From contig OY843588.1 in assembly GCA_963692935.1 (NCBI GenBank), positions 1,699,989-1,763,988 of the forward strand: a DNA stretch of 64,000 bases, read 5' to 3'. How positions within the stretch are numbered: the first letter of the stretch is position 1; each line of letters begins with the position of its first letter. Positions 1 through 9,165 of the stretch are shown in pieces. The notes beneath the pieces are model-generated. The model was not told where the DNA came from, made no database searches, and worked only from the letters and a program-made list of their open reading frames with translations. Made by a program: the position numbers and the translations under genes. The stretch comes from Nitrospirales bacterium. Its GTDB lineage: Bacteria; Nitrospirota; Nitrospiria; Nitrospirales; UBA8639.

Positions 1-1670
1 ATCGCCTGTAAAGCCGTCTCATCAATCAGCGACGGGTCAAACGGCACAAGCGTGATCGTCTCAAACGTCAACCATGTCCGGTCACCTTCACCGCCGACAT
101 CCACAGGGGTCACCACCACAAGATTTTCCAGCCGAATACCATACGCCCCGCCTTTGTAATACCCTGGCTCGTTTGACACAATCATTCCCGGCCGCAACGC
201 AACCGCGTGCGAAGTTCCCGCAATACGTTGCGGCCCCTCGTGGACGCCCAGATAACTCCCCACACCATGCCCGGTCCCATGATCGTAATCCAACCCCACG
301 TCCCACAGCGGTCGTCGCGCCAGCGCGTCCAGTTGCGCACCGGTGGTGCCCTCGGGGAAAACGGCCATGGCAAGCGCGATCACACCTTTCAGCACACGGG
401 TATACCGATCCCGGTGTTCCGGTGTGGGAGTGCCAATGGCTATCGTCCTGGTAATATCGGTCGTCCCATCCAGATACTGCCCCCCTGAATCCACCAGATA
501 TAACGTCCCCGGCTGAATCATCTGATGATGCTGTGCCGTCGCCCGGTAATGCACAATCGCCCCGTTGGAGCCGGTGGCCGAAATCGTCGGGAAACTCAAA
601 TCCCGCCAGAGCGGTTGTCGCCGGCGACAGTCATCAAGATATGACTGGGCATCCAGTTCGGAGAGCCGCCCTTTCCGTGCCTCCCGATCCATCCAGGCAA
701 GAAAATGGCACACGGCCGCACCATCGCGCCGGTGCGCCTCCCGCGCCCCGTTGACCTCCACGGCGTGCTTGCATGACTTCGGCAACACACACGGGTCATC
801 CCCTTCGATCACGCGGGCGCCGGCATGAGCCAGTCGCGTGGGAATCCAGCTCGCCGTGCGTGTCGGATCGCATAACACACGCGCGCCGGACTTGCCCAGT
901 CGGTCCAGGGCCGCAGGAAATTCCCCGGCGGCACACAGGGACACCTCCGGCCCCAGGTGAGATGCCAGCATGTCAGAAACCTTACATGTATCCAGAAAAA
1001 ATGACACCGCGCCATCAGCAAAAAACAGAGCAAAGCCCAGTGGCAACGGGGTATGCGCCACATCGCCGCCACGAACATTCAAGAGCCAGGCGATAGAATC
1101 CGGCGCCGCCAGGACAACACATCCCACCTCATCCCTTGTCAGTTGCACGGCAAGCGCACGCCGTTTTTCCTCCGACGACGTGCCGGCATAGGCCAGATCG
1201 TGCGGCACCACCGGCGCCGCAGGAGGAGCGGGACGATCATGCCATACCGCATCAACGGGATTCGGCTCACAGGCAATCAACGTTGCCCGGGCCTGTGCGC
1301 ATGACTCCCGCAAGCGGCCGACTTCCCGTGGCGTGTGCAACCAGGGATCATACCCCAGCGAGTCTCCGGGTTGCAGAACAGACGACAACCACACATGCAC
1401 AGGCGACTCCAGGCAATGTCGTGGTTCAAAGACCCGTTGGTCAACCTGGTGGCGCACCTGCAACGTATAGCGGCCATCCACAAAAATGGCGGCCTGATCG
1501 GCCAGCACCACCGCCGTCCCCGCCGACCCCGTGAACCCCGTCAACCACGCCAGCCGTTCCGCACAGGCGGGTAAATACTCATTCTGGTATTCATCCGCAT
1601 GAGGAACGACGAACGCGGACAGCCCTCTCCGCCGCAACTCGGCACGAAAACCTTTTACCCGTTCCGACAT
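1..1670 (-). CDS. pepP: Xaa-Pro aminopeptidase (M24B family), C-terminus cut by window edge
   Basis: Hand translation of the minus strand from ATG at 1670 gives MSERVKGFRAELRRRGLSAFVVPHADEYQNEYL... The frame stays open to base 1. M24 metal-ligand blocks are present: YLVDSGGQY, DITRT, HGTGHGVG, SNEPGYY, GIRLEN. It is absent from the ORF track because no stop lies in the window. The plus-strand ORFs listed here are R/P/H-rich antisense artefacts. Confidence 0.85.
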   Translation of the reverse strand, partial: MSERVKGFRAELRRRGLSAFVVPHADEYQNEYLPACAERLAWLTGFTGSAGTAVVLADQAAIFVDGRYTLQVRHQVDQRVFEPRHCLESPVHVWLSSVLQPGDSLGYDPWLHTPREVGRLRESCAQARATLIACEPNPVDAVWHDRPAPPAAPVVPHDLAYAGTSSEEKRRALAVQLTRDEVGCVVLAAPDSIAWLLNVRGGDVAHTPLPLGFALFFADGAVSFFLDTCKVSDMLASHLGPEVSLCAAGEFPAALDRLGKSGARVLCDPTRTASWIPTRLAHAGARVIEGDDPCVLPKSCKHAVEVNGAREAHRRDGAAVCHFLAWMDREARKGRLSELDAQSYLDDCRRRQPLWRDLSFPTISATGSNGAIVHYRATAQHHQMIQPGTLYLVDSGGQYLDGTTDITRTIAIGTPTPEHRDRYTRVLKGVIALAMAVFPEGTTGAQLDALARRPLWDVGLDYDHGTGHGVGSYLGVHEGPQRIAGTSHAVALRPGMIVSNEPGYYKGGAYGIRLENLVVVTPVDVGGEGDRTWLTFETITLVPFDPSLIDETALQA

Positions 1671-1723
1671 TCGCTCTCAGTCCATCCCATCGCCATGCCC
1701 GCAAACCACGGCAAGCGGGTCGC

Positions 1724-4372
1724 TCACGCCGCGCCGGTTTTCTCCATCAACTGCTGGCGCATGTCCATTCCATCGCGCTTTTTTTCCACGATAAGAAACA
1801 GTCCCTTGCCGCCACTCTGCCGCTCCCACAACTCACCGATTGTCCGCTTCTCACTGGTGTCAGCGCCACTCGCCATGAGCGCCCCCTTGTATTCCACAAC
1901 AAAACAACGCTCGTCCTCCAACAGCGCAACAAAGTCGGGATAGAACCTGTCAGTCGCGGTCGGTAGCCAGAACGAAGCACTATGACGTGCCACATTGCGA
2001 ATCCAGAACTTCAGACCTGGCAGACTGTCGAGAGCCTGAGCGCACAGACATTCCTCGCCGTCATCCGCACCGTCGAAAGCGGGAACGCAACCGGCTCCCA
2101 GGAAATGTTTGCTCGGCTTCCAGCGTCCACCATAGCGCCGTTGATCCTGATACATGCCATCACGGAACGTGAAAGCGTGGGCATGGTCAAAGGACACTTC
2201 CACCCTGGCCGCCGATTCAAAAAGACGGCTTTGATAGACATTCTTGCGTTCCTGTGAGCGAATGGCATCAATTTTATCCCTGATCCCACGCGCGAGCAGA
2301 AACTTGCAACGCATGAGCGTGGCCATGTTCATCCCGCGCACGTCGAGCAGGTAGCCAACAAGATCCCGGAGCCACCGAAGCAGTTCACCCTGGTGAAGAT
2401 CAATCTGGCGCACCTGTCGGTCGAGCCACAAGACAAGATTCTCCGATGTCCAACCCTCAACGTGAACATTGAACTCCAGTTGTTCCTCTTCTCCGGCACG
2501 CTGATAATCGACTTGACGACCATCCAGATCAATTTCAAAGTGGCGGGCCGTCTCACGAATCGCAAACTCTTTTTCATCCATTTTCCATGAATGGTGAAGC
2601 AACGACCAGTCATGGGACTCCACAAACGCAACAGAGTCGGCAAAGTCCATGACACCCTGAATCTCCGCCATGAGACGTGGAACAACAAACACGTTGCCCC
2701 GTCCGGCAGGCGACAACTGTCCCCGGTTTTTGACCCGATATTGTTTGACCTCCTCGGTGAACCCCGACCGCTCGTTTTCCGGCAATGCCACGTGAATCTT
2801 CTGCATCACCTCGTCGTTGAGTGGCCCTGTTACCGCAATTTCAATCTTCCCGTCACCAGTATCCCGTATTGTCACGCCATCAGATGTCGTCTTATGCAGA
2901 TCGGACGCAACAGCATCGTTCGCCGCGATTGTGTAAGTGAGCACAGGTTGCTGTTCCACCGTATCCCCAAACAGATCCCTCTGGTCGTCAATCCGTTTGA
3001 CGTTGTCGCGCGCCTCTTCCTCCTCAAAACCCATGGCGACCAGCTTGTCGACCAGTGCCCGTGCGGTCTCACCAGAATCCGGTTCGGACATGAAGGCATA
3101 GGCTTTATTCAAGTCCGCAATCCCGCGCCGCCTGGCATAGGGCATCCGCAACACACGGCCCAGAAGCTGCTCCACATCCACCGCGCTACGAATACGCGAG
3201 ACGGAGCAGAACACATACGCAAAAGAGCAATCCCACCCCTCTTTCAACGCCTCAACCGTGATGATGTATTCAATCCCGCATCGGGGATCAAAAAGGTCAA
3301 TGCCATCCAGTTCACGTTGAGCGCCGGTTGCAATGGCGATTTTTTCCTCCGGGATCCGCCCGTCCTCCATCAGGTGCGTCTTCAGCACATTGACCGTCAC
3401 CTCCTGATTTTTCGGCTGCGCCTGGAAAAGGACAATCGGGCGGAGATGATCGGGATCGTTCTTCGCCTTCTCCGCAAGCGAGGCGCGCGCGGCAATGGCG
3501 CCACTCACCGCCCCCTGCCAGGAATCATGCTCGGACAGCATGATCGGCAGCTTGATCATTTCCGCCGTCTTCAGCTCCTGCGCCGTAACACTGTGCAGAA
3601 TGTTATTGAGCCGGTGACCCTTCGTATCGCGCGGCGTGGCGGTGAGTTCGATAATCGCGCACGGGTTCACCCGCGCCTGCATCTCCCGTGTCAGATCCGT
3701 GACCGCATTGTGCGCTTCATCCACGATCATCAGCGGGCGGTGGATATGCAGCAGATTGGCGAAAGAAAACTTGACCTTGCCGTTTTCCATTTTTTCAAGG
3801 CCCGGCGCGGTCGCGGGCAACGTGGAGAAATGCGGTTCCATCTCCTCGTTGTGGGCATAGACCTTACGGCCTTCGGTGCCTGTCACCCGCAACGTCTGAA
3901 TGGTGCCAACCACGACGCAACAGGAGTCACGGATATCCTGCGGGCGGATCTGTGTGAAGTCCTTGATGTCAAACACCCGCACCCGACCGGCAAACGCCTC
4001 ATCCAACACCTGACGGTAGGGATGGCGCGTATTCCTGAGCGCCTCAACCGTCTGCCTGCGGATGGTGTTGGACGGCACCAGCCACACGACCATGGGATAG
4101 TCCTTTTCAATCCAGGCATCGCGTGCAATGGCAATGGCGTGGGTGCCCAGGATGGTCTTGCCCCCGCCGGTGGGTAGCCGCAGGCAGACATAAGGAACAT
4201 TGGGCAGGGCATCAAGCGGCGTGTAGATCTTCCCGTAATGTCCAAGCCGCGCGGCCTGCTCCGGTTCCGAGGTAATCGTTGTGTAGGCGTTCCCCGGTCC
4301 GACCATACGGGCCTCTTCCAGGAAGCGGCGAAGGACCGACAGGGTATCGGCCTGATATTGTTTCAGTTTCAT
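1724..4372 (-). CDS. res: Type III restriction enzyme Res subunit (SF2 helicase plus C-terminal PD-(D/E)xK nuclease)
   Basis: 882 aa. Helicase motif I is LPTGGGKT and motif II is IVDEAHN. The C-terminal nuclease-like block reads FYPDFVALL...VVEYKG. The gene starts 4 nt after the mod stop, in the usual mod-res order. Confidence 0.85.
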   Translation of the reverse strand: MKLKQYQADTLSVLRRFLEEARMVGPGNAYTTITSEPEQAARLGHYGKIYTPLDALPNVPYVCLRLPTGGGKTILGTHAIAIARDAWIEKDYPMVVWLVPSNTIRRQTVEALRNTRHPYRQVLDEAFAGRVRVFDIKDFTQIRPQDIRDSCCVVVGTIQTLRVTGTEGRKVYAHNEEMEPHFSTLPATAPGLEKMENGKVKFSFANLLHIHRPLMIVDEAHNAVTDLTREMQARVNPCAIIELTATPRDTKGHRLNNILHSVTAQELKTAEMIKLPIMLSEHDSWQGAVSGAIAARASLAEKAKNDPDHLRPIVLFQAQPKNQEVTVNVLKTHLMEDGRIPEEKIAIATGAQRELDGIDLFDPRCGIEYIITVEALKEGWDCSFAYVFCSVSRIRSAVDVEQLLGRVLRMPYARRRGIADLNKAYAFMSEPDSGETARALVDKLVAMGFEEEEARDNVKRIDDQRDLFGDTVEQQPVLTYTIAANDAVASDLHKTTSDGVTIRDTGDGKIEIAVTGPLNDEVMQKIHVALPENERSGFTEEVKQYRVKNRGQLSPAGRGNVFVVPRLMAEIQGVMDFADSVAFVESHDWSLLHHSWKMDEKEFAIRETARHFEIDLDGRQVDYQRAGEEEQLEFNVHVEGWTSENLVLWLDRQVRQIDLHQGELLRWLRDLVGYLLDVRGMNMATLMRCKFLLARGIRDKIDAIRSQERKNVYQSRLFESAARVEVSFDHAHAFTFRDGMYQDQRRYGGRWKPSKHFLGAGCVPAFDGADDGEECLCAQALDSLPGLKFWIRNVARHSASFWLPTATDRFYPDFVALLEDERCFVVEYKGALMASGADTSEKRTIGELWERQSGGKGLFLIVEKKRDGMDMRQQLMEKTGAA

Positions 4373-4375
4373 CTG

Positions 4376-5917
4376 TCAGGTTCGCGCCTTGATTTCGTAG
4401 GGCGTCTGTTTGAATGTGACCCGTTCACGGGCCAGTGTCGCGGGCATCAGGCGGGACTGTTCGCCATAGACCGTCATCGGGCCATTGAAACCGCGTTGAG
4501 CCTTGGCGGTTTTTTCACGGAGAAGAGCCAGCGTCACACGAGTCAGCACGTTGCCGCCATTCGGCCGCCTGTCGCCGAGGATGCCGTTATACAACAGCGC
4601 GTAGGCACGGCCATCGTGGATGCCAAGCAACGCCGACCGGTTTTTCCCGTTCCACGCATATCCGGTCTCACTGAACCAGACATGCGCGGCCAGCACAGGG
4701 AAACGAATGTCCCGGCAGATGTGGCCTTCTTCATCAAACACCGGCGGGCCAAGACGGTAGAAACGAAACCCGCCGCCACCTTGCCAGCCGATCATTTTGG
4801 AAATGCCGCCCTGTTCGCCGTCAATGACTTTGTTCAAGCGCGGGAGACAATGGGTGACGGTGTGCTCGCCCATTTCAATGCCGATCCAGCGACGTCCCAT
4901 CTTGTGTGCCACGGCGGCGGTGGTGCCGGAGCCGAGGAAGGAGTCGAGGACGAGGTCGCCGGGATTGGTGGCAAGTTGCAGGACGCGCTGGATGAGACGC
5001 TCGGGTTTGGGAGTGGCAAAACCGCTCTCTGCTCCGAATAGAGTATTGTTTTCCTTTTTTGCCTCCTGGTTGTGACCGACTTCTTCATTTGGCCACCAGG
5101 TCCACGCGGTAGTCCCTTCTTTTTCACTCAAAAATTGCTTCATTCGGGGTCTAGCTCTCCCGTTTTTGCCGAACCATATTTGGTTCTTCGCTATTAAATC
5201 TTTGAACGTTGCCTCTGCAATCGCCCAACAACGGCCTTCTGGAGGTTTGTGACTGATGCCACTAGGAACCTTAATTTCGTAGTATTGATCTTGCGTGGCA
5301 TGGCCCGTTTGCCCGGTAAGGTCGACAGACACCCAAGGCCCTCTCAAGTCTTTATCTGGATTCTTGTATTGCTTCTTTTGCTCGCTCGACAATTCCAATT
5401 TATTGAATTTAATTGATTGGCCATCTGTCCCATAAACCAGGATATAGTCCTGCGCCGCACCCAATCTCAACCTGGCGTCCGGGGATGTTCTTTTCTGCCA
5501 AATCACATTTGCCACAAAATTCCTGCGACCAAAAATTTCATCCATAAGCACTTTAAGATAATGCCCTTCATCGTCGTCAATGATGGTCCAGATGGAACCA
5601 TCATCGGCCAGCAGATCACGTAACAACTCCAAGCGTGGATACATCATTTCCAGCCATTGAGTATGCTCCAGGTTGTCATCGTAATGGGGAAAGTCTTTGC
5701 GTGTATTGTAGGGCGGGTCAATAAAAACACACTTCACCCGCCCGGCATAGAACGGCAACAACGACTTCAACGCCTCCAGATTGTCCCCCTGAATCAGCAT
5801 ATTCCCCGCGTACAACTGCCCCGCCGACAAGTCAGGAGCTTCTTCCAGCAGACGATAAGGAACCTTCGACGCAGCACAAAGATCTTCGTCGCGGGTCAAC
5901 CAGTTCAGGGTAGGCAT
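4376..5917 (-). CDS. mod: Type III Mod DNA methyltransferase (N6-adenine/N4-cytosine, beta-class order)
   Basis: 513 aa. The catalytic motif FIDPPYNT precedes the SAM motif VLDSFLGSGTTAAVAHKMGRRWIGIE. The start overlaps the stop of the upstream pentapeptide gene at 5917. Confidence 0.88.
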   Translation of the reverse strand: MPTLNWLTRDEDLCAASKVPYRLLEEAPDLSAGQLYAGNMLIQGDNLEALKSLLPFYAGRVKCVFIDPPYNTRKDFPHYDDNLEHTQWLEMMYPRLELLRDLLADDGSIWTIIDDDEGHYLKVLMDEIFGRRNFVANVIWQKRTSPDARLRLGAAQDYILVYGTDGQSIKFNKLELSSEQKKQYKNPDKDLRGPWVSVDLTGQTGHATQDQYYEIKVPSGISHKPPEGRCWAIAEATFKDLIAKNQIWFGKNGRARPRMKQFLSEKEGTTAWTWWPNEEVGHNQEAKKENNTLFGAESGFATPKPERLIQRVLQLATNPGDLVLDSFLGSGTTAAVAHKMGRRWIGIEMGEHTVTHCLPRLNKVIDGEQGGISKMIGWQGGGGFRFYRLGPPVFDEEGHICRDIRFPVLAAHVWFSETGYAWNGKNRSALLGIHDGRAYALLYNGILGDRRPNGGNVLTRVTLALLREKTAKAQRGFNGPMTVYGEQSRLMPATLARERVTFKQTPYEIKART

Positions 5918-7275
5918 CAGCTATCATTCTCCATTGGAACCTCCGACATGGCCTGTTCATATTCAACAATCCATCGTTCGGCCTCTTCGCTGGTGTATTT
6001 CCCCGTAACGGCACCACAGTTTTCAGGAAGACCTTTCCGGCCTTCCGGTCCAATATGCGGTTCCAGTTCACTCCTCAACTTGTTTGCCTTTTCATCGGAC
6101 AAGTCTTTGACAAAAACATCCACATCTCCCTGGCTTAATCCACCCTCGAAAACCACCTCGGACAAGTCATCCTCTGTGTCACAAAAACTGTTCATGTGAT
6201 CTTCAAAAGGCGTAAGGGATAGCAAACCATGATTCCCAGCACCGCGCAGATCCGCACGAGAAAGATCTGCCGCCTGCATCTGTGCTCCTTGGAGGCCAGC
6301 GCCTTGCAAATGTGCCCCGCGAAGATCAGCACCTTGCAGGTGTGCCAAGCGAAGATCAGCACCTTGCAAATGTGCCCCGCGAAGATCAGCACCTTGCAGG
6401 TGTGCCAAGCGAAGATCAGCACCTTGCAGGTGTGCCAAGCGAAGCCCAGTGCCTTGCAGGTGTGCCAAGCGAAGCTCAGCACCTTGCAGGCGTGCCACGT
6501 TCAGATAAGCACCTTGCAGGTGTGCCAAGCGAAGCTTAGCGCCTTGCAGGTGTGCCCTGAGAAGATTAGCGTTCTCCAAGTAAGCCCCAAGTAGAACAGC
6601 TTTACCTAAACGCGCGTCCATAAGGTCCGCTCCATTCATCCAGCTTCCCCGTAAGTCAGGGTAGCATTCTCTGAATACCTTATGTTCCTGCACGAAAAGC
6701 AGGTACAACAGGCTTTGCACTTCTTCCGAAGGCTTTGTCTTGTTTGTTTCTTGATACTTGCCTTCTCCCGTCGTCCTGCGGACATGAGCACAAAGAATGT
6801 CCAGTGCCGTCTTACGCAATTTGGAGGTATCGTCAGCCAGATGGAACAGTTCGTAGGCACCACCCAAACGCACAGAGACCGATTCATGCCCCAGATGTTC
6901 AATGGCGTTTTTCAGTCGTTCCTGCCGATGTCCCTCTTCTGTTGCTTCTGTGGCCTTGGCCTGTGCGTTTGCGGCACATTCCATCGCTTTCGCACGCTTA
7001 TGAGATGCCAAGGCTTGCAGGGCAAGCAGGATACCACCCATGCCAAGCCCCAGAAATTTCAGGACCTCGTATTTTGGGGATACGAATCCCTTTAAGCCCA
7101 AGTGCAAAGCAATCCACTCCGGCTTTTCGCACCACACGACAACCCCAAAAACCCCAACCAGAAAGACGAGCAGGACGACAAGGATGACCGTAGCAATTAT
7201 GTCAAGCCAGTCCCCCCACGTTAATCGTTCTTGCTTTTCAGTAGTCACAATGGCCCTTTTCAGCCCTGTTTCCAC
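5917..7275 (-). CDS. Membrane-anchored pentapeptide-repeat protein (2 predicted TM helices, helical linker, about 22 pentapeptide repeats)
   Basis: 452 aa. Hydrophobic stretches are IIATVILVVLLVFLVGVFGVVVW and LKFLGLGMGGILLALQAL. The linker motif VRLGGAYELFHLA is followed by tandem AHLQGADLR(L/G) decamers. The stop overlaps the mod start. Confidence 0.8.
   Translation of the reverse strand: METGLKRAIVTTEKQERLTWGDWLDIIATVILVVLLVFLVGVFGVVVWCEKPEWIALHLGLKGFVSPKYEVLKFLGLGMGGILLALQALASHKRAKAMECAANAQAKATEATEEGHRQERLKNAIEHLGHESVSVRLGGAYELFHLADDTSKLRKTALDILCAHVRRTTGEGKYQETNKTKPSEEVQSLLYLLFVQEHKVFRECYPDLRGSWMNGADLMDARLGKAVLLGAYLENANLLRAHLQGAKLRLAHLQGAYLNVARLQGAELRLAHLQGTGLRLAHLQGADLRLAHLQGADLRGAHLQGADLRLAHLQGADLRGAHLQGAGLQGAQMQAADLSRADLRGAGNHGLLSLTPFEDHMNSFCDTEDDLSEVVFEGGLSQGDVDVFVKDLSDEKANKLRSELEPHIGPEGRKGLPENCGAVTGKYTSEEAERWIVEYEQAMSEVPMENDS
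6301..6570. repeat. Nine tandem 30-bp units inside the pentapeptide gene, including a near-perfect 60-bp duplication
   Basis: The units follow the pattern (a/g)ccttgca(a/g)(a/g)tgtgcc..gcgaag.t.agc at 6301, 6331, 6361 and onward to 6541. Positions 6302-6360 are identical to 6362-6420. The repeats are in frame, and each unit encodes two pentapeptide repeats. Confidence 0.95.
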
Positions 7276-7484
7276 AGCTCCACGGCTTCAAGCAACCCTC
7301 GCAGATGTTCGTCGTGCCCGGCTACCCGCAACAGATCGGATAAATCAAATTTCCCGCGCAACTGATACACCGTCGGTCGTTTGTCGTATTCCGGCCAAAC
7401 CTTCCGCAACAACCTTATCGCCTCCTCCGCTTGAATTGGCCGACGCTCATTTCCTGGATGTAGCCGAAACAAAAGACCTTCCAA
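7260..7484 (-). CDS. Small hypothetical protein (74 aa), possibly the C-terminal remnant of a partner gene of the upstream ATPase
   Basis: The only possible start is TTG, with no in-frame ATG. It lies 19 nt downstream of the ATPase stop and overlaps the pentapeptide start by 16 nt. The amino-acid composition is protein-like (MEGLLFRLHPGNERRPIQAEEAIRLLRKVWPEYDK...). Confidence 0.35.
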   Translation of the reverse strand: MEGLLFRLHPGNERRPIQAEEAIRLLRKVWPEYDKRPTVYQLRGKFDLSDLLRVAGHDEHLRGLLEAVELWKQG

Positions 7485-7503
7485 GTCGCCCGCGCATGGT
7501 CAC

Positions 7504-8691
7504 TCAACCAATCTTCGGGACACCGCCGAGCACACCGAGGCGGTACTTGGGGTACAGTCTGGTGTCCCGACGCAAACCGCTTATATCCTGAACGCCGTGT
7601 ACGCGCGTCCCACCGTCCTCCCCTTTCTCGACGATAAAAAGCTCTTCCTTCTCAAGGTCGTCGAGCAAGCCAACATGGTGAGACGTCACGAAAAGCTGTG
7701 CGTTGTGGGGATTGGTCTCTTGAGACTGGAACTTGTGAAGAATCTCACCGACAATATCCACATGAAGGTTGCCGTCAATTTCATCAAAGACAGCGACGCT
7801 ACCTGTGTCCAGTGCACTGGATAATTGAGGCAACAGATGGAACAGACGTTCGGTGCCGCGGGATTCCAAGAGCAAAGGGATTGACACGTCGAGTCCATGA
7901 TGATCGAACAAGACCAGTTCCCCGTCTTTGCCATCCAGTATTTGCACATCATGTATCCCTAGATCGCCACGCTGGATGTCATGTTTGACCCGCTCTCTAA
8001 TGGCAGGCTTACTCTCTAATAGATCTATCACCATTTTGGTCGGAGGCGTCCACGGTTCGCCGTAGGTAACATTGGCGGCCACAAGAAATGCTTTAAGGCT
8101 TTGCACAATCTGCATAGCCAGAGGCACGTTGAGCATGGCAAGTGTGGCAATGACCGAGACATCATCCCGAACCGCCTTCAGTCGGTCGTCTCTTAATTTG
8201 ATCCCGAATTCGCGGGAAACGTAGATAGGCTCCCCTGGCATACCGCGATAGAACAGACGTCGCTGGCGGCCTTTGGGAAAATGAAACAGGGCTTCAGACA
8301 TTATCTGTTCACCATGTGCGGAAAGTTCATAGCGAAACAAATCCACTGTCTCACCCGGTGCCAACCAGTCTGCTTCAATCTCCACGCAAAAGCGCGTCGG
8401 TTCATCCCGTGACTTTTTCGAGAAGAAAGGCAATATAGTTTTGACGGGTGTTGCGTTTTCCATCCACGGAGTGCAGAGAACGCGGACGAGTATAACCAAC
8501 GCATGAAGCAACATTGTCTTGCCCGACCCGTTCGGCCCCATTAGCACAACGACTGAAGGAAGTCTGATATCCGGCTTGGCCACGCTCTGCCGGAAGCGTG
8601 GCAGATCGGGGGCAGTTTTCGGAATCCGAAGATCGAGGACAGCCTCTTCGCGTATTGAACAAAAGTTAGATACTGAAAATGAATGAATCAT
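7504..8691 (-). CDS. ABC-like AAA ATPase (AAA_21/AAA_15-type, as in OLD/Septu/PARIS-class defence ATPases)
   Basis: 395 aa. Walker A is MGPNGSGKT, the signature-like block is ESRGTERLFHL, Walker B is VAVFDEIDGNLH, and the H-loop is FVTSHH. No fused nuclease domain is visible. Confidence 0.75.
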   Translation of the reverse strand: MIHSFSVSNFCSIREEAVLDLRIPKTAPDLPRFRQSVAKPDIRLPSVVVLMGPNGSGKTMLLHALVILVRVLCTPWMENATPVKTILPFFSKKSRDEPTRFCVEIEADWLAPGETVDLFRYELSAHGEQIMSEALFHFPKGRQRRLFYRGMPGEPIYVSREFGIKLRDDRLKAVRDDVSVIATLAMLNVPLAMQIVQSLKAFLVAANVTYGEPWTPPTKMVIDLLESKPAIRERVKHDIQRGDLGIHDVQILDGKDGELVLFDHHGLDVSIPLLLESRGTERLFHLLPQLSSALDTGSVAVFDEIDGNLHVDIVGEILHKFQSQETNPHNAQLFVTSHHVGLLDDLEKEELFIVEKGEDGGTRVHGVQDISGLRRDTRLYPKYRLGVLGGVPKIG

Positions 8692-8697
8692 ATCGTG

Positions 8698-8726
8698 ATT
8701 GTAACGTTATTCTGTTGAGATGGCAA
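8698..8726 (-). promoter_or_regulatory. Sigma70-like promoter for the ATPase-to-res unit, implying a leaderless or very short-leader mRNA
   Basis: The minus strand reads TTGCCA, then 17 nt, then TACAAT, then cacgat, then ATG at 8691. No Shine-Dalgarno sequence lies between the -10 box and the ATG. Confidence 0.45.
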
Positions 8727-8924
8727 TATATTGCAAATTTTAGAATGAATACTTAAACACACACCGCTCGTTCGTGTATAGATACAAAATTTCCCTGCCT
8801 TGCCATTCCTGCGAAATTATCTGTTCCTAGGCCCGACCAGCGGCAGGAAATTTGTATGAGGATATTCTTTGACTTGGAAAAGAGAGAAGGAAAATGACGG
8901 GTCGAGGGGAGGGGGATCGGAAAA

Positions 8925-9062
8925 GGAATGACAGATTGCAATACCCCTCACTCCGTCATTCCCGCAACAGCGAGAGCCCAGAATCGCACCATACCGGTAC
9001 TGGAGAGTTTGGGGAAAAGGACAGATGACAAAGCCTGTATTCCTGCTTTGCACAGGAATGAC
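8925..9062. repeat. Cluster of short hairpin-forming repeats sharing a GGAATGAC/GTCATTCC core (REP-like)
   Basis: ggaatgac (8925-8932) pairs with gtcattcc (8955-8962). attcctg (9039-9045) pairs with caggaat (9053-9059), followed by ggaatgac at 9055-9062. Related copies lie at 42976-42996 and 44993-45009. Confidence 0.5.
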
Positions 9063-9165
9063 GGGCGGGGGTGTGCGAACTTGGCATATCTCAAAGAAGG
9101 GTTACTTCATTTCGTAAATTTTTGCGAGATTGAACAACGATTTCATTCCTGATCCTGGTCACGTT

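Noticed and set aside
74-1574. Several 60-130-aa plus- and minus-strand ORFs in the first 1.6 kb
   Set aside because: They are R/P/H/G-rich and overlap one another. All are out of frame with, or antisense to, a long open minus-strand frame with clear M24 aminopeptidase motifs.
2591-4177. 528-aa plus-strand ORF
   Set aside because: It is antisense to the Type III res gene, which has clear helicase motifs. Its composition (R, H, L, G, P rich, no motifs) is typical of shadow ORFs in GC-rich DNA.
6301-6570. Regular 30-bp periodicity that could look like a CRISPR array
   Set aside because: The units are contiguous with no spacers, lie in frame inside a 452-aa ORF and encode AHLQGADLRL decamers. 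No cas genes are present in the window.
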